Positions 1 through 9,978 of a DNA stretch of 46,934 nucleotides are shown in pieces; within the stretch, counting starts at the first letter, position 1, and every line of letters begins with the position of its first letter. Both the position numbers and the translations under genes were made by a program. Source of the DNA: a virus; IMG/VR virus record IMGVR_UViG_3300002461_000395, positions 1 to 46,934 of that record; one strand, given 5' to 3'. The notes below the pieces were generated by a model that was given only the letters and a program-made list of their open reading frames with translations, searched no databases and was not told the DNA's origin.

Positions 1-94
1 TGACGCCGCAGACGCCCTGCGCGCATACCTGGTCTCGCGTGGCCTCCCTGCCGACCCGGTCAAACTCGACGACCCGCATCTGGACGCCTTGGCG
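1..94. repeat. Terminal direct repeat, consistent with the assembly overlap of a circular or circularly permuted genome; identical copy at 46841..46934
   Basis: Bases 1..94 (tgacgccgcagacgccctgcgcgcatacc...ggacgccttggcg) match the last 94 bases of the window base for base. Confidence 0.95.
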
Positions 95-109
95 CGAGCG
101 TTGCTCTAG
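1..109 (+). CDS. 3' end of the wrap-around ORF that starts at 46623 (coiled-coil protein downstream of the endolysin)
   Basis: Through the 94-nt overlap, the frame of 46623..46934 continues as gcg cga gcg ttg ctc TAG, with the stop at 107..109. Confidence 0.5.
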   Translation, partial: DAADALRAYLVSRGLPADPVKLDDPHLDALARALL

Positions 110-144
110 GCTAGTGTCCGGCCCTCACCACGCGAGGCGTCCCC

Positions 145-2676
145 ATGAGCATCGACCCCACCCGTTACGTCGAGGTCTCGGCGAACGGTACGCCCAACGA
201 CCCGCAGGCCACGGCTGACCTTGCCGCGGCCGCCCAGGCCGGAGCGGTTGCGGGCGATATCGCCGGGCGCGCTGCCGGCGCGGAGGCCGGTGCGGCATCG
301 GGCACGGAGGTCGCCAGCGCGGCGGGGGCTGCGGCGGGGGCTGCGGCCGGGGAGCTGGCGGGCACGGCGGCCGGTACGGCCAGCGGCGCCACGGCAGGCG
401 CGGTTGCTGGTGCGAGCGCGGGCGGTCCGGCCGGTGCGGCTGCGGCGACGGCGCTTCTCAATGCGCGGAGCATCACCGGGGGCGGCCTGGCGACCGGGGG
501 CGGCACGCTGGCCGCCGATCGCGTCATCACCGTCACGGCGGCGACCCAGGAGGAGGCGGAGGCGGGCGCGGCCACCACCGTGGCCATGACGCCGCGTCGT
601 TGGCTGGACGCCTTCACCTCGCGCACGTCGGCACTGACGCGCACGCTTCTCGGTCTCACGACGACGCTGGCATTCAGCAGCGGCATCGGCGTGCCGTCCT
701 ACCAGAACCGCACCGACGCCGCGGTGTCGTTCGTCCTCGGCACGGTCACGCGGCTGCGCCAGCTCGACATCGACACGCAATACGTCCGCATGTCCCTGAC
801 CGACATCGTGAACCTGGGCGTCCCGGCCGTTTCGTATTTCCGCACCACGGACCGTTACCTGCCGAACGGGTCGATCGACAACACGAACGGCGGGTACTGG
901 ATGGTCGACCCGCGTCAGCACGTCCGCATCGAGGCGCTGGGCGCGGCGGGCAACGGCACGACCAATGACAGCCTCGCGTTGGTCGCGTGGATCATGTTCG
1001 GCTCGCTGACCGGCGCGTACATGACGCTGACGCCCGGAAACACCTATCGGCACGCGACCGAGCTGCTGGCGCCGCGTGAGGTAGGGTCGTTCCCGCTCAC
1101 GCTGGACGGCAACGGCGGCACGTTGCTGATGGAGAAGAACCTCAACATCACCGGCACGCGCACGCCGTTCCTGACGACCACGCTGGCTGCGGACGTCGCG
1201 CGCGGTCAGTCGTTCCTCAAGCTCACGGCGATCACCGGGCCGGGCGGGACGGTCGAGCCGGGCGACCTTCTCGTGGTCCGTAGCCCCGCCATCATGTACG
1301 ACGTCGGCGGCGTGAAAATCGACGCGGACCACACCTACTGGGCCACGGACATCGACCCCGGCCTGAACGTCTATTTCCAAGGCACGGCGCTCGCCGACAT
1401 CACCAAGCAACAGGTCATCGCCAGCGGCCGGACCGGCGACATCGTAGTCGAGGTGTACAAGCTCGTCGCGCCGTTCGTCTTCAAGAACCTGCGCATGGAA
1501 TCGGTCGATCCGACGGGCGTGGGCGCCGGCATCAGCATCCAGGGCCAGGCCATCCGGTTTGAGTTCGCTTCGACGCGCGGCAAAACTCGCGCGCATATCG
1601 GGCACTCATTCACGCCGATCGCGCAGTTCACCGCGCCCATAGCCGACGAATACGGCTATATGGAAGGCGGTCAGTATTACGACAGCACGCCTGAAGACCC
1701 GGGCGGATTTGCGTACGGTTACGCGATCGTTTCGGGGTATACTTGGCTGCGCCAAATCCTCGGCGGCGCGTTCCTGCGCGGTTGGCACGGGACCGACACC
1801 GCGCAGGGCGTGATGCGCGACGAGGTCACGGCGTCCTATTTCGCGCGCAATGCGTTCGGCGTCAGCGGACACGAAGGGACGTGGGAGACGTCCACGCGGC
1901 TATGCGTCTTTGATGGCGGGAACGGCCTGCTGCTGGGCCGAAGCATCTACGCGTACAGCTACGGCGACCGGATCATCAACACGGCCCAGAACGCCGTGAC
2001 CTATACGCCGGCCGTCAACGTCGAGGTACGCCTGCGCGATCTGCACGTCGACTGTTCGGAGAACGACGACCCGGCGTTTTCGCACGTCTATCGAGACGGC
2101 GCGGGCACGGCGGCGCCCGGCGCCCGTTCGGTCGGCTTCCCCCGCGTGTTCGAAGTGGATGGCGGCACGTTCGAGGGCGGCCGCCGGGTCATGGTCGGAT
2201 TCGGCGGTGGAGACGGCGAGCTGATCGTCAACGCGCCGAAACTGGGGCGCGGGGCGTGGATGGAGGCGTTTCCCGGCGCCGTCACGCGCGTCTTCAATCC
2301 GCAGTTCCGGGACAGCAACGCGCCGTACAACCTCGCCATCGCCACCAGCGGTTCGCCGTACATCAAGGTGCGGGGGCTCGATCAGTACGGCACGTTCGGC
2401 GCGGCGGGCCCTCGTGCGATCTACATTTTTGGTTCCGGCACGCCGACGATCGACATTACCCGGTCCGAAACGGATGTTTCGGGCGGCGCGCTCGTTCGTG
2501 TCGATGCGGGTCTGGACCTGCGAAACGTCACGAACAACGTCAACGCGTCCGGCGCGATCCTGCTGGGCGACAGCTCGAACACGGCGACGAACGTGATCGG
2601 CAACCTGTACCAAGGCGCGCTGCAGATCGGCGGGTTCGTCATGACGAATTCGACCGGCAACGGGGTTCTGTCCTGA
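145..2676 (+). CDS. Tailspike / tail fibre with a pectate-lyase-like beta-helix (putative depolymerase)
   Basis: 843-aa ORF. It has an Ala/Gly-rich N-terminal stalk and the tail-fibre-type motif ITVTAATQEEAEAGAATTVAMTPRRW. The segment RIEALGAAGNGTTNDSLALVAW resembles the start of pectate-lyase-superfamily domains. The stop overlaps the portal start (TGATG). Confidence 0.7.
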   Translation: MSIDPTRYVEVSANGTPNDPQATADLAAAAQAGAVAGDIAGRAAGAEAGAASGTEVASAAGAAAGAAAGELAGTAAGTASGATAGAVAGASAGGPAGAAAATALLNARSITGGGLATGGGTLAADRVITVTAATQEEAEAGAATTVAMTPRRWLDAFTSRTSALTRTLLGLTTTLAFSSGIGVPSYQNRTDAAVSFVLGTVTRLRQLDIDTQYVRMSLTDIVNLGVPAVSYFRTTDRYLPNGSIDNTNGGYWMVDPRQHVRIEALGAAGNGTTNDSLALVAWIMFGSLTGAYMTLTPGNTYRHATELLAPREVGSFPLTLDGNGGTLLMEKNLNITGTRTPFLTTTLAADVARGQSFLKLTAITGPGGTVEPGDLLVVRSPAIMYDVGGVKIDADHTYWATDIDPGLNVYFQGTALADITKQQVIASGRTGDIVVEVYKLVAPFVFKNLRMESVDPTGVGAGISIQGQAIRFEFASTRGKTRAHIGHSFTPIAQFTAPIADEYGYMEGGQYYDSTPEDPGGFAYGYAIVSGYTWLRQILGGAFLRGWHGTDTAQGVMRDEVTASYFARNAFGVSGHEGTWETSTRLCVFDGGNGLLLGRSIYAYSYGDRIINTAQNAVTYTPAVNVEVRLRDLHVDCSENDDPAFSHVYRDGAGTAAPGARSVGFPRVFEVDGGTFEGGRRVMVGFGGGDGELIVNAPKLGRGAWMEAFPGAVTRVFNPQFRDSNAPYNLAIATSGSPYIKVRGLDQYGTFGAAGPRAIYIFGSGTPTIDITRSETDVSGGALVRVDAGLDLRNVTNNVNASGAILLGDSSNTATNVIGNLYQGALQIGGFVMTNSTGNGVLS

Positions 2677-4160
2677 TGCGCTGGCCCTGGACTCGTGACG
2701 CTGCGCCGACCCCCGCCCCGCGTGACCCTCTGCCCGCCTCGTCGCCGCGCGCGCACAACCGCGCCGTCATCGACCGGCGCCTGACCGCCCTGCGCGCCTC
2801 GGTCGGGCCTGGCGCGACCGGCATGGACTCGATGTGTTCGTCGGCGCTGACGCCGTGGGGCGCTGCGGCGGGCGAGGCGCCCGAGGCGCAGTTCGCCTGG
2901 TTCGCCGCGCAGGGTTTCCTCGGCTACCAGTTCTCGGCGGTCGTGGCGCAGCATTGGCTGGTCGACAAGGCGTGCAGCGAGCCCGCGCGCGATGCGGTGC
3001 GGCATGGGTTCACGGTCACCGTGGACGGCGTGGACGAGGAGCGCCAGGACGAGGCGCTGCACATGATCCACAAGGCGAACAAGCGCATGGGGCTCAACGC
3101 CGCCATGCAGGAGTTCGTCCAGTTCTCGCGCGTGTTCGGCGTGCGCGTGTGGCTTCCCATCGTCGAGAGCACCGACCCGAAATATTACGAGCTGCCGTTC
3201 AACCCCGACGGCGTCATGCCCGGATCGTATCGCGGCATGACGCAGGTCGATCCGTACTGGGTCACGCCCATTCTGGACGCCGCCGCGTCGAGCAACCCGG
3301 CCAACATGGGATTTTACGAACCGACGTGGTGGCAGATCAACGGCCGGCTCTATCACCGCTCGCACCTCGTCGTGGCCATCCCCTTCCCGGTCGCCGACAT
3401 TCTCAAGCCGTCGTATCGTTACGGCGGGGTTCCGCTGCCCCAACGCATCATGGAGCGGGTGTACGCCGCCGAGCGCACCGCCAACGAAGCGCCGCTGCTG
3501 GCGATGACCAAGCGGCTGCTCACGTGGAAAACCGACCTGGCCGAGAAGCTGCTCGACCAGCCGAAGACCGAGGCGCACCTCCAGGGCCTCACCGAGTGGC
3601 GTGACAACTTCGGCGTCAACATGGTCGACACCGACGACGACGTGACCCAGACCGAGACGTCCCTGGCGGACCTCGACGACGTGATCATGTCGCAGTACGT
3701 CATCGTCGCGGCCATCGCCGGCATGCCGGTCACGAAGCTCATGGGCACGCCGCCGAAGGGCATGAACGCGACCGGCGAGGGCGATGCGGAGAACTACCAG
3801 CAGGCCCTCGAGAGCATCCAGTCCAACGACCTCGACCCCCTGCTTGAGCGCCATCTGCTGCTGCTCGCCCGCTCCGAGATCGAGCCGGCGTTCGGCCTGT
3901 CCGCCGGGTCCGTCGAGATCACGTCGGACTGGAACCCGCTCGACAGCCCGTCCGCCAAGGAATACGCCGAGATCGACAAGATCAAGGCGGAGCGCGACGA
4001 GGTGCTGGCCAACACCGGCGCCATCGACGGCATGGATATCCGGGCGCGCCTGCGCAACGACCGCGGCGGCGACTACACGGACCTGCCGGAGATCACCGAG
4101 GCGGAAGGCGAGGAGGCCGACTTGTTGGCCGAGGCGCAAGAGCCCGATGGCGAAGCGTAA
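2676..4160 (+). CDS. Portal protein (DUF1073-like)
   Basis: The ATG at 2676 overlaps the upstream stop. The product is 494 aa (MRWPWTRD...) with an acidic C-terminus. It sits immediately upstream of the Mu-F-like gene, and the family resemblance is from memory. The 5' extension to 2256 in the ORF track lies inside the fibre gene. Confidence 0.75.
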   Translation: MRWPWTRDAAPTPAPRDPLPASSPRAHNRAVIDRRLTALRASVGPGATGMDSMCSSALTPWGAAAGEAPEAQFAWFAAQGFLGYQFSAVVAQHWLVDKACSEPARDAVRHGFTVTVDGVDEERQDEALHMIHKANKRMGLNAAMQEFVQFSRVFGVRVWLPIVESTDPKYYELPFNPDGVMPGSYRGMTQVDPYWVTPILDAAASSNPANMGFYEPTWWQINGRLYHRSHLVVAIPFPVADILKPSYRYGGVPLPQRIMERVYAAERTANEAPLLAMTKRLLTWKTDLAEKLLDQPKTEAHLQGLTEWRDNFGVNMVDTDDDVTQTETSLADLDDVIMSQYVIVAAIAGMPVTKLMGTPPKGMNATGEGDAENYQQALESIQSNDLDPLLERHLLLLARSEIEPAFGLSAGSVEITSDWNPLDSPSAKEYAEIDKIKAERDEVLANTGAIDGMDIRARLRNDRGGDYTDLPEITEAEGEEADLLAEAQEPDGEA

Positions 4161-5004
4161 AACCCGGCCGCCGCTCACCAAAGCCAAGCAGGCACAGGGG
4201 GCGTCGGTTCACAAGGGCAAGCCCCTGCACTACAGCGCCGCCGTCGAGATGCGGTACTCGGACACGCTGACGCGCATGGTGCGCCAGATGCGCGAGACCA
4301 CCGAGAGCTCGTTCCGCCGGCTGGATAAGCAGTTCGCGACGGACGCGCTGGGTCTGGACGCCCCGTCGTACGCTTCGCAGGCGCGCATCCTGGTCGATGC
4401 GCTGCGCAAGCGGTTCAACGCAGCCTTCGCGCGCCGGTCCCGCCCGGCCGCCGAGCGCATGCAGGCGCAAGTCGATGCGGCCTCGTCGGCGTCGCTGCAC
4501 AGCAGCCTGCGCGAACTGTCGGGCGGCATCTCGCTCTCGACGCGGTCGATCCCCAAGCCGGCGATCGAGATGCTCAAGGCGAGCGTCACCGAGAATGTCG
4601 CGCTGATCCGGTCCATTCCCGAGCAATATTTCCTCGACGTGCAGGGCGCCGTCATGCGCAATATCCAGCGCGGCGACGGAACGGCGGGCGTACTGCGCGA
4701 GATCGAGCGCGTCGGCGGCGTGGCCACGAGGCGCGCCGAGCTGATCGCCCGGGACCAGGTGAGCAAGGCGACCTCGGCGCTCAACGCCGCGCGCATGAAG
4801 GGCCTCGGCGTCCGCAAGTTCGAGTGGATCCACTCGGGCGGCGGCAAGGAACCCCGCAAACTGCACCAACGCATGAGCGGCAACGTCTATTCACTGGACG
4901 ACCCGCCCGTGATAGACGAACGGACTGGCGAGCGCGGCCTGCCCGGTCAGCTCATCAATTGCCGGTGCGTCATGCGCCCGGTTTTGGAGTTTGACGAGGA
5001 ATGA
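4147..5004 (+). CDS. Head morphogenesis / minor head protein (Mu gpF / SPP1 gp7-like)
   Basis: The in-frame ATG at 4147 (MAKRKTRPP...) overlaps the portal 3' end. The C-terminal GQLINCRCVMRPV motif is typical of the Mu-F family. It holds the canonical position after the portal. Confidence 0.75.
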   Translation: MAKRKTRPPLTKAKQAQGASVHKGKPLHYSAAVEMRYSDTLTRMVRQMRETTESSFRRLDKQFATDALGLDAPSYASQARILVDALRKRFNAAFARRSRPAAERMQAQVDAASSASLHSSLRELSGGISLSTRSIPKPAIEMLKASVTENVALIRSIPEQYFLDVQGAVMRNIQRGDGTAGVLREIERVGGVATRRAELIARDQVSKATSALNAARMKGLGVRKFEWIHSGGGKEPRKLHQRMSGNVYSLDDPPVIDERTGERGLPGQLINCRCVMRPVLEFDEE

Positions 5005-5333
5005 CCCCCCTTGTGATGCTGCTGGCGCTCATCGCCGCGCACGCGCTGTGCGATTATCCGCTGCAGGGCGATTTTCTGTCCAAGGCAAAGAACCGCGCCG
5101 CTCCGCTTCCGGGCGTTCCGTGGTGGCAGGCCCTCGGTGCGCACGCGGCGATCCACGGCGGGGCCGTCGGCTTCATCACGGGCGTTTGGTGGCTGGGCGT
5201 CGCTGAGTTCGTGGCGCATTTCGTCATTGACGACCTGAAATGCCGAGGGCGTTTGACGTTCAACGGAGACCAGCTTGCGCATCTGGCCTGCAAGGTCGTG
5301 TGGGTGCTGGTCGTCATGGAGGCAGCACGATGA
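5001..5333 (+). CDS. Small polytopic membrane protein (DUF3307-like)
   Basis: 110 aa with three hydrophobic segments. The [18 protein letters not shown] and HAAIHGG motifs resemble DUF3307. The gene is translationally coupled on both sides (ATGA overlaps). Confidence 0.6.
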   Translation: MTPLVMLLALIAAHALCDYPLQGDFLSKAKNRAAPLPGVPWWQALGAHAAIHGGAVGFITGVWWLGVAEFVAHFVIDDLKCRGRLTFNGDQLAHLACKVVWVLVVMEAAR

Positions 5334-6445
5334 GCGCGCGCCAATACGACGGCAACGGGTGGTTCGCCGTCCGCAACAACCCGCTCTCCAAGGTCGGCGT
5401 GTTCCCCTATCTCGGCGCGAGCATCGGCGCGGACCAGCCCGACCGCGTGTATCAGGTTTATCGGCCGGCCGAGGAACTCGGCTCGCCGGAGTGCATCGAC
5501 AGTTTCAAGACCGTGCCGATCATCGACGAGCACGAGATGCTCGGCGCGGTCGATCTGGGCCTCACGCCTGTGGAGCGCAAGGGCGTCGGCGGGGTCACGG
5601 GGGATCTGGTCGAGTTCGACGAAGCGACCGGAACGCTGCGCGGAAACCTCAAGATTTTCTCCGAGGCGCTCGCCCGCCAGATCAACGGCGGCAAAAAGGA
5701 ACTCTCCTGCGGGTATCGCTGCGAGTACGATTTTTCGCCCGGCGAGTTCAACGGCGTGAAATATGACGTTGTGCAACGGAAAATGCGTGGTAATCATGTG
5801 GCCGTGGTGAAGGCTGGCCGGATGGGTCCAGACGTTGCCGTTCTCGATCACTCGTTCACGTACGACCACGTGGACACACCGGAGTTTCGCCCCGTGCTGG
5901 ACAAAGAAACGCAGGACGCCATCGACGCCGCCGTGACCAAGGCGACCGAAGGCATCGCAGCCACCGTCACGCAGGCCGTCGCCGACGCCATGCCCGCCGC
6001 GCTGGCGAAGATGAAGGAAGACAAGGAAGAGGCCGAGGACGAAACGCCCGACGAGGTCGCGAAGACCCTGGACGCGGCTGTCGCCAAGGCCGTCACCGCC
6101 GCCCGCGCCGCCGACGCCGCCGAGATCACCGCCCTCAAGGACCAGCTCGCCGCCGTCAAGCCCGCCATGGACGCCGCCGACGCCCGCCTGCAGGCCGAGG
6201 ACAAGGCCACGCTGGTCGGTCGCCTCGCCCCGCACATCGGCTCGTTCGACCACGCCGCCATGGACGCCGACGCCGTCGTGAAATACGGCCTCGACAAGAT
6301 GGGCATCATGGGCGTGAAGCCGGGCACCGAACGCGCCGTGCTGGACGGCTACCTGCGCGCCAAGCCGGTCCCGACGCCGATGACCGGCGACGCCGCCATT
6401 CCGGCCGACAGCCCCGTCGCCGCGTACGCCCACGCCTCGGCTTAA
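5330..6445 (+). CDS. Prohead protease / scaffolding-like protein (DUF2213-like)
   Basis: The ATG at 5330 overlaps the upstream stop. The N-terminus is [27 protein letters not shown], and the C-terminal half is Ala/Asp/Lys-rich and helical (scaffold-like). It lies between the Mu-F-like gene and the capsid genes. Confidence 0.65.
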   Translation: MSARQYDGNGWFAVRNNPLSKVGVFPYLGASIGADQPDRVYQVYRPAEELGSPECIDSFKTVPIIDEHEMLGAVDLGLTPVERKGVGGVTGDLVEFDEATGTLRGNLKIFSEALARQINGGKKELSCGYRCEYDFSPGEFNGVKYDVVQRKMRGNHVAVVKAGRMGPDVAVLDHSFTYDHVDTPEFRPVLDKETQDAIDAAVTKATEGIAATVTQAVADAMPAALAKMKEDKEEAEDETPDEVAKTLDAAVAKAVTAARAADAAEITALKDQLAAVKPAMDAADARLQAEDKATLVGRLAPHIGSFDHAAMDADAVVKYGLDKMGIMGVKPGTERAVLDGYLRAKPVPTPMTGDAAIPADSPVAAYAHASA

Positions 6446-6462
6446 CAGGGACACCCCGCACC

Positions 6463-7029
6463 ATGGCCTTTCAATCCACTGTAGTCGCCCAAATGGGCTT
6501 CGGCGTCGTTGGCGAACTCGCCATCGAAGGGCCGCTCCTCGCTCAACCCGCGCGCATCGTCTCGGGTGACGCGGCCAACAACGTCGTCGGCCGCGCCTTC
6601 ACCGTGACCTCGGGCGGCACCGGATCGTGGGACGGCACCTCGGCCGACGCTGGCGACCCCGCGCCGCTGGTGGCTGCTGCGGGCGGCACCAACCCGTTTG
6701 CCGGCATCCTGGCCAACCCCAAGGTTTATCCGGGCCTCGGCACGCAGGCCGGCGGCACGCTCGCTCCGACCCTGACCCTGCCGAACAACCAGATGGCCGA
6801 GCTGGTCCTCGAGACTGGCGGCATCATCGTGACCCTCGCCGCCGCGGCCAACGTCGGCGACGTGGTGTACTTCGCCAACGCGACGGGCATCCTGGCCACG
6901 ACCGCGCCGGGCGCCGCCGCCCCCGCCAACCACCAAGGCCCGATCGGTCGCGTGGAGCGGTACAGCAACGCCGGAGCCGGTCTCGCCGTCATCTCCGTCT
7001 TCCCGCCGCGCATCCCCGCCGGCGCGTAA
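6463..7029 (+). CDS. Head decoration / cement-like protein
   Basis: 188 aa, Gly/Ala-rich, immediately upstream of the major capsid gene. The family assignment is weak. Confidence 0.5.
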   Translation: MAFQSTVVAQMGFGVVGELAIEGPLLAQPARIVSGDAANNVVGRAFTVTSGGTGSWDGTSADAGDPAPLVAAAGGTNPFAGILANPKVYPGLGTQAGGTLAPTLTLPNNQMAELVLETGGIIVTLAAAANVGDVVYFANATGILATTAPGAAAPANHQGPIGRVERYSNAGAGLAVISVFPPRIPAGA

Positions 7030-7043
7030 AGGATCAACGCATC

Positions 7044-8177
7044 ATGTCCAAAGTCCTTTCCGCCGTTGACGGCGCCCAGTATGTGAAGCGCGGCCCGCTC
7101 ACGCTGGACACGGCCCACGTCAGCGACACCATCGCTGCCGAGCTGGCCATCCTCGGGATCCACTTCGGCGCGAACCACCGCCAGCAGGTCAAGAACCTGA
7201 CGGCCATGGCCATCGCCGCCGGCGCCATGGACGCCGCGCCCGACCTGCAGCCCACCGTCTATGCGGGGAACGTCGGCGCGCCGATCCAGTTCCTGCAGAA
7301 ATGGCTTCCCGGGTTCGTCCGCGCGGTCACCACCGCCCGCAAGATCGACGAACTGGTCGGCCAGATGACGGCCGGCGACTGGGCGGATGAAGAGGTCATC
7401 CAAGGCTCCATGGAGCTGACCGGCCTCGCCGTCCCGTACGGCGATTACACCAACGTGCCGCTCGCCTCGTGGAACTTCGGTTTCGACCGCCGCACCATCG
7501 TGCGGTTCGAGGAAGGCCTGCGCGTCGGTCGTCTCGAAGAGGCCCGGTCCAGCAAGATCGGTATTTCTTCGGGCGCGACGAAGCGTTCGGCCGCCGCTCT
7601 CGCGCTGGACATTCAGCGCAACCGCGTCGGCTTCTACGGCTACAACGCTGCGAACAACCGCACCTATGGCTTCCTGAACGACCCGTCGCTGCCCGCCTAC
7701 GTCGCCGTCACCGGCGCCGCGTGGACCTCGGCGACCTTCCTCGTCATCATCGCCCAGATCCGCACCGCCCTGGCCGCCCTGCGCACCCAGTCCGGCGACA
7801 CGATCGACCCGAACACGACCGCGATCACGCTGGCCGTCGCGTCCAACCGCGTCGACTACATGACCGTGACCACCGACTTCGGCATCTCGGTCCGCGACTG
7901 GCTGACGAAGACCTACCCCAACGTCCGCGTCGTCTCGGCTCCCGAGCTGAACGGTGCGAACGGCGGCGCCAACGTCTTCTATATGTATGCCGATCGCGCC
8001 ACCGACGACAACGGCTCGGACGACGGCGGGCAAACCATGGTCCAGATCGTCCCGAGCCGCTTTATGCTGGTCGGCGTCGAACAGCAGGCCAAGGCGTACG
8101 TCGAGGACTACGCGAATGCCACGGCGGGCGTGCTGGTCAAGCGCCCGTACCTCGTGGTCCGCTACACCGGCATCTAG
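7044..8177 (+). CDS. Major capsid protein (DUF2184-like)
   Basis: In-frame ATG at 7044 (MSKVLSAVDGAQYVKRG...) giving 377 aa. It is followed by a strong hairpin and sits in the position expected for a capsid gene. Confidence 0.75.
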   Translation: MSKVLSAVDGAQYVKRGPLTLDTAHVSDTIAAELAILGIHFGANHRQQVKNLTAMAIAAGAMDAAPDLQPTVYAGNVGAPIQFLQKWLPGFVRAVTTARKIDELVGQMTAGDWADEEVIQGSMELTGLAVPYGDYTNVPLASWNFGFDRRTIVRFEEGLRVGRLEEARSSKIGISSGATKRSAAALALDIQRNRVGFYGYNAANNRTYGFLNDPSLPAYVAVTGAAWTSATFLVIIAQIRTALAALRTQSGDTIDPNTTAITLAVASNRVDYMTVTTDFGISVRDWLTKTYPNVRVVSAPELNGANGGANVFYMYADRATDDNGSDDGGQTMVQIVPSRFMLVGVEQQAKAYVEDYANATAGVLVKRPYLVVRYTGI

Positions 8178-8202
8178 CCACGGCGTGACCGATGCGTTAA
8201 GC

Positions 8203-8236
8203 AAGGGGGCTCTGCTAACGCGGGGCCCCCTTTTTC
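8203..8236 (+). terminator. Rho-independent terminator after the capsid gene
   Basis: AAGGGGGC (8203..8210) pairs with GCCCCCTT (8225..8232) and is followed by a T-run (ccccctttttcgg). Confidence 0.6.
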
Positions 8237-8247
8237 GGAGCAACATC

Positions 8248-8682
8248 ATGGCCAAGGCCAAGTACGACCATTACGTCTATTCCAACATGGCCGCCGGCGT
8301 GACCTACGCCACCTCGCGCGAGGTTCCCGGCCGCGACTTGCCCGAGACTATTCCCGGCATCCACATCGCGGGCGGCGTCGGCGTGGCGGACAAAAAATCG
8401 CTGATCACGCCGCAGGGCGCGGTCATCACGGGGATCAGCTCCGAGGACCTGGCGCGCCTGCGCGAGGACCGCGTGTTCTGCGAGCACGAGAAGAACGGCG
8501 CCCTGCGCGTATCGGACCACAACGAAGACGCCGAGGTGGTCGCGTCGGACCTGCGCGCCCGCGACGAAAGCTCGCCGCTGACGCCGCAGGACTACGAGGC
8601 CGAGGGCAAGGACGCCCCGGTCGTCGGCGCGGACGTGTCGGCCTCGGACGACGGCCCCAAGCGCAACCCCCGCAAGGCGTAA
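8248..8682 (+). CDS. Hypothetical structural-module protein
   Basis: ATG at 8248 after the terminator; 144 aa with an acidic C-terminus. No family recognised. Confidence 0.6.
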   Translation: MAKAKYDHYVYSNMAAGVTYATSREVPGRDLPETIPGIHIAGGVGVADKKSLITPQGAVITGISSEDLARLREDRVFCEHEKNGALRVSDHNEDAEVVASDLRARDESSPLTPQDYEAEGKDAPVVGADVSASDDGPKRNPRKA

Positions 8683-8688
8683 CGCGCC

Positions 8689-9126
8689 ATGGCGCAGCAC
8701 ACGCTCGACATTGCGGCTTTCCGTCTCGCCTTCCCGGCGTTCGCCAGCGAGGTTGCCTACCCCGACCCGACCATTGAACTGCGTTGGGGCGAGGCGACCG
8801 TGTACCTCGGCGATTATGACGGTTGCCTCTTGTCGGGCGTGGGGCTGCAGTCCGCCCTCAACTATCTGACGGCGCATATTCTCGCCTCGTTCGCGCTGAT
8901 CGCGACCGGCCAGATCCCGGGCATCGTCACCGACAGCCGCGTGGACAAGGTCGCCGTGAGCCTGGCGCCTCCGCCGACCCGCGACGGCTGGCAATGGTGG
9001 CTGGCCACGACGCCCTACGGCGTGCAGCTCTGGGCGCTCCTGACCGCGAAGAGCGCGGGCGGCTGGTACGTCGGCGGCTCGCGCGAGCGCGCGGCCTTCC
9101 GGCGCGTCGGCGGTCAGTTCTCGTGA
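8689..9126 (+). CDS. Head-tail connector / adaptor (DUF4054-like)
   Basis: 145 aa with the N-terminus MAQHTLDIAAFRLAFPAFAS, in a connector-module position. Confidence 0.6.
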   Translation: MAQHTLDIAAFRLAFPAFASEVAYPDPTIELRWGEATVYLGDYDGCLLSGVGLQSALNYLTAHILASFALIATGQIPGIVTDSRVDKVAVSLAPPPTRDGWQWWLATTPYGVQLWALLTAKSAGGWYVGGSRERAAFRRVGGQFS

Positions 9127-9151
9127 GCGCCCTGCTTTGGGAGCGACGCCC

Positions 9152-9604
9152 GTGAGCGTCCGGCGCGACCGGACGGGCGGGGACCGGCTCACCGTCGCGC
9201 TGCAGGATATCGACGGGCTGGTCGGAAAAACCGGCTATTTCGAGACCGCTAAATACCCGGACGGCACCCCCGTGGCCTATGTCGCGACGGTCCACGAGTA
9301 CGGTTACGCCAGCGGCGGTATCCCTGCGCGCCCGACCATGCGACCGACCGCCGCCGCCAAGCGCACCGAGTGGGCCGACACGATGCGCTTGGGCGCCAAG
9401 GCGGCGCTCAACGGCCAGATCAGCGGGCGCGACGCGCTCGAGCGGCTCACGCTGCGCGCGGCGGGCGACGTGTCGGCGGCCATCGCCGCGCTGCAAAGCC
9501 CGCCCCTGTCGCCGCGCACGATCGCCGACAAGGGGTTTTCTAAGCCCCTGGTGGCGTCCGGCCAGATGCTTCGCAGCCCCACTGGCGTCGTGGAGAGCAA
9601 ATGA
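9152..9604 (+). CDS. HK97 gp10-like head-tail joining protein
   Basis: The GTG at 9152 has GGGAG 8 nt upstream; an alternative TTG lies at 9137. The VATVHEYGYASGGIPARPTMRP segment resembles HK97 gp10-family proteins. Confidence 0.55.
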   Translation: MSVRRDRTGGDRLTVALQDIDGLVGKTGYFETAKYPDGTPVAYVATVHEYGYASGGIPARPTMRPTAAAKRTEWADTMRLGAKAALNGQISGRDALERLTLRAAGDVSAAIAALQSPPLSPRTIADKGFSKPLVASGQMLRSPTGVVESK

Positions 9605-9978
9605 GCGTCCCCGGCTCCAACCTTCTCGCGCAGGCCCTTTCCGCGCTCGGCCAGCAGGCCGTCGTCTATCGTCGGTGCACTGGCCGCACGACCGACGCGG
9701 CTGGCCGCCAGGTGAGCGCCTACGCCGCCCCGGTGACGGTGTTCGGTTCGTTCCAAGCGGTCAACACCGACCTCCTGACCAGCTACGGGCTGGACATGAA
9801 TAAGCAGTACGCCACGTTTTTCGCGTCGGCGCAGTTCAACGAGCCGAACCGCGACCAGTCGCCCGACGCGTTCGACTACGGCGGCCGGCGCTGGATCGCG
9901 GTCACGAGCGTGGACTGGTACGTGCAGGACGGATGGAATAGCGTCCTGGTCGTGGATAGCGGACCGACCCCGACATGA
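9601..9978 (+). CDS. Neck / head-closure protein (hypothetical)
   Basis: 125 aa with an ATGA overlap to the upstream gene, in the connector module. Confidence 0.55.
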   Translation: MSVPGSNLLAQALSALGQQAVVYRRCTGRTTDAAGRQVSAYAAPVTVFGSFQAVNTDLLTSYGLDMNKQYATFFASAQFNEPNRDQSPDAFDYGGRRWIAVTSVDWYVQDGWNSVLVVDSGPTPT

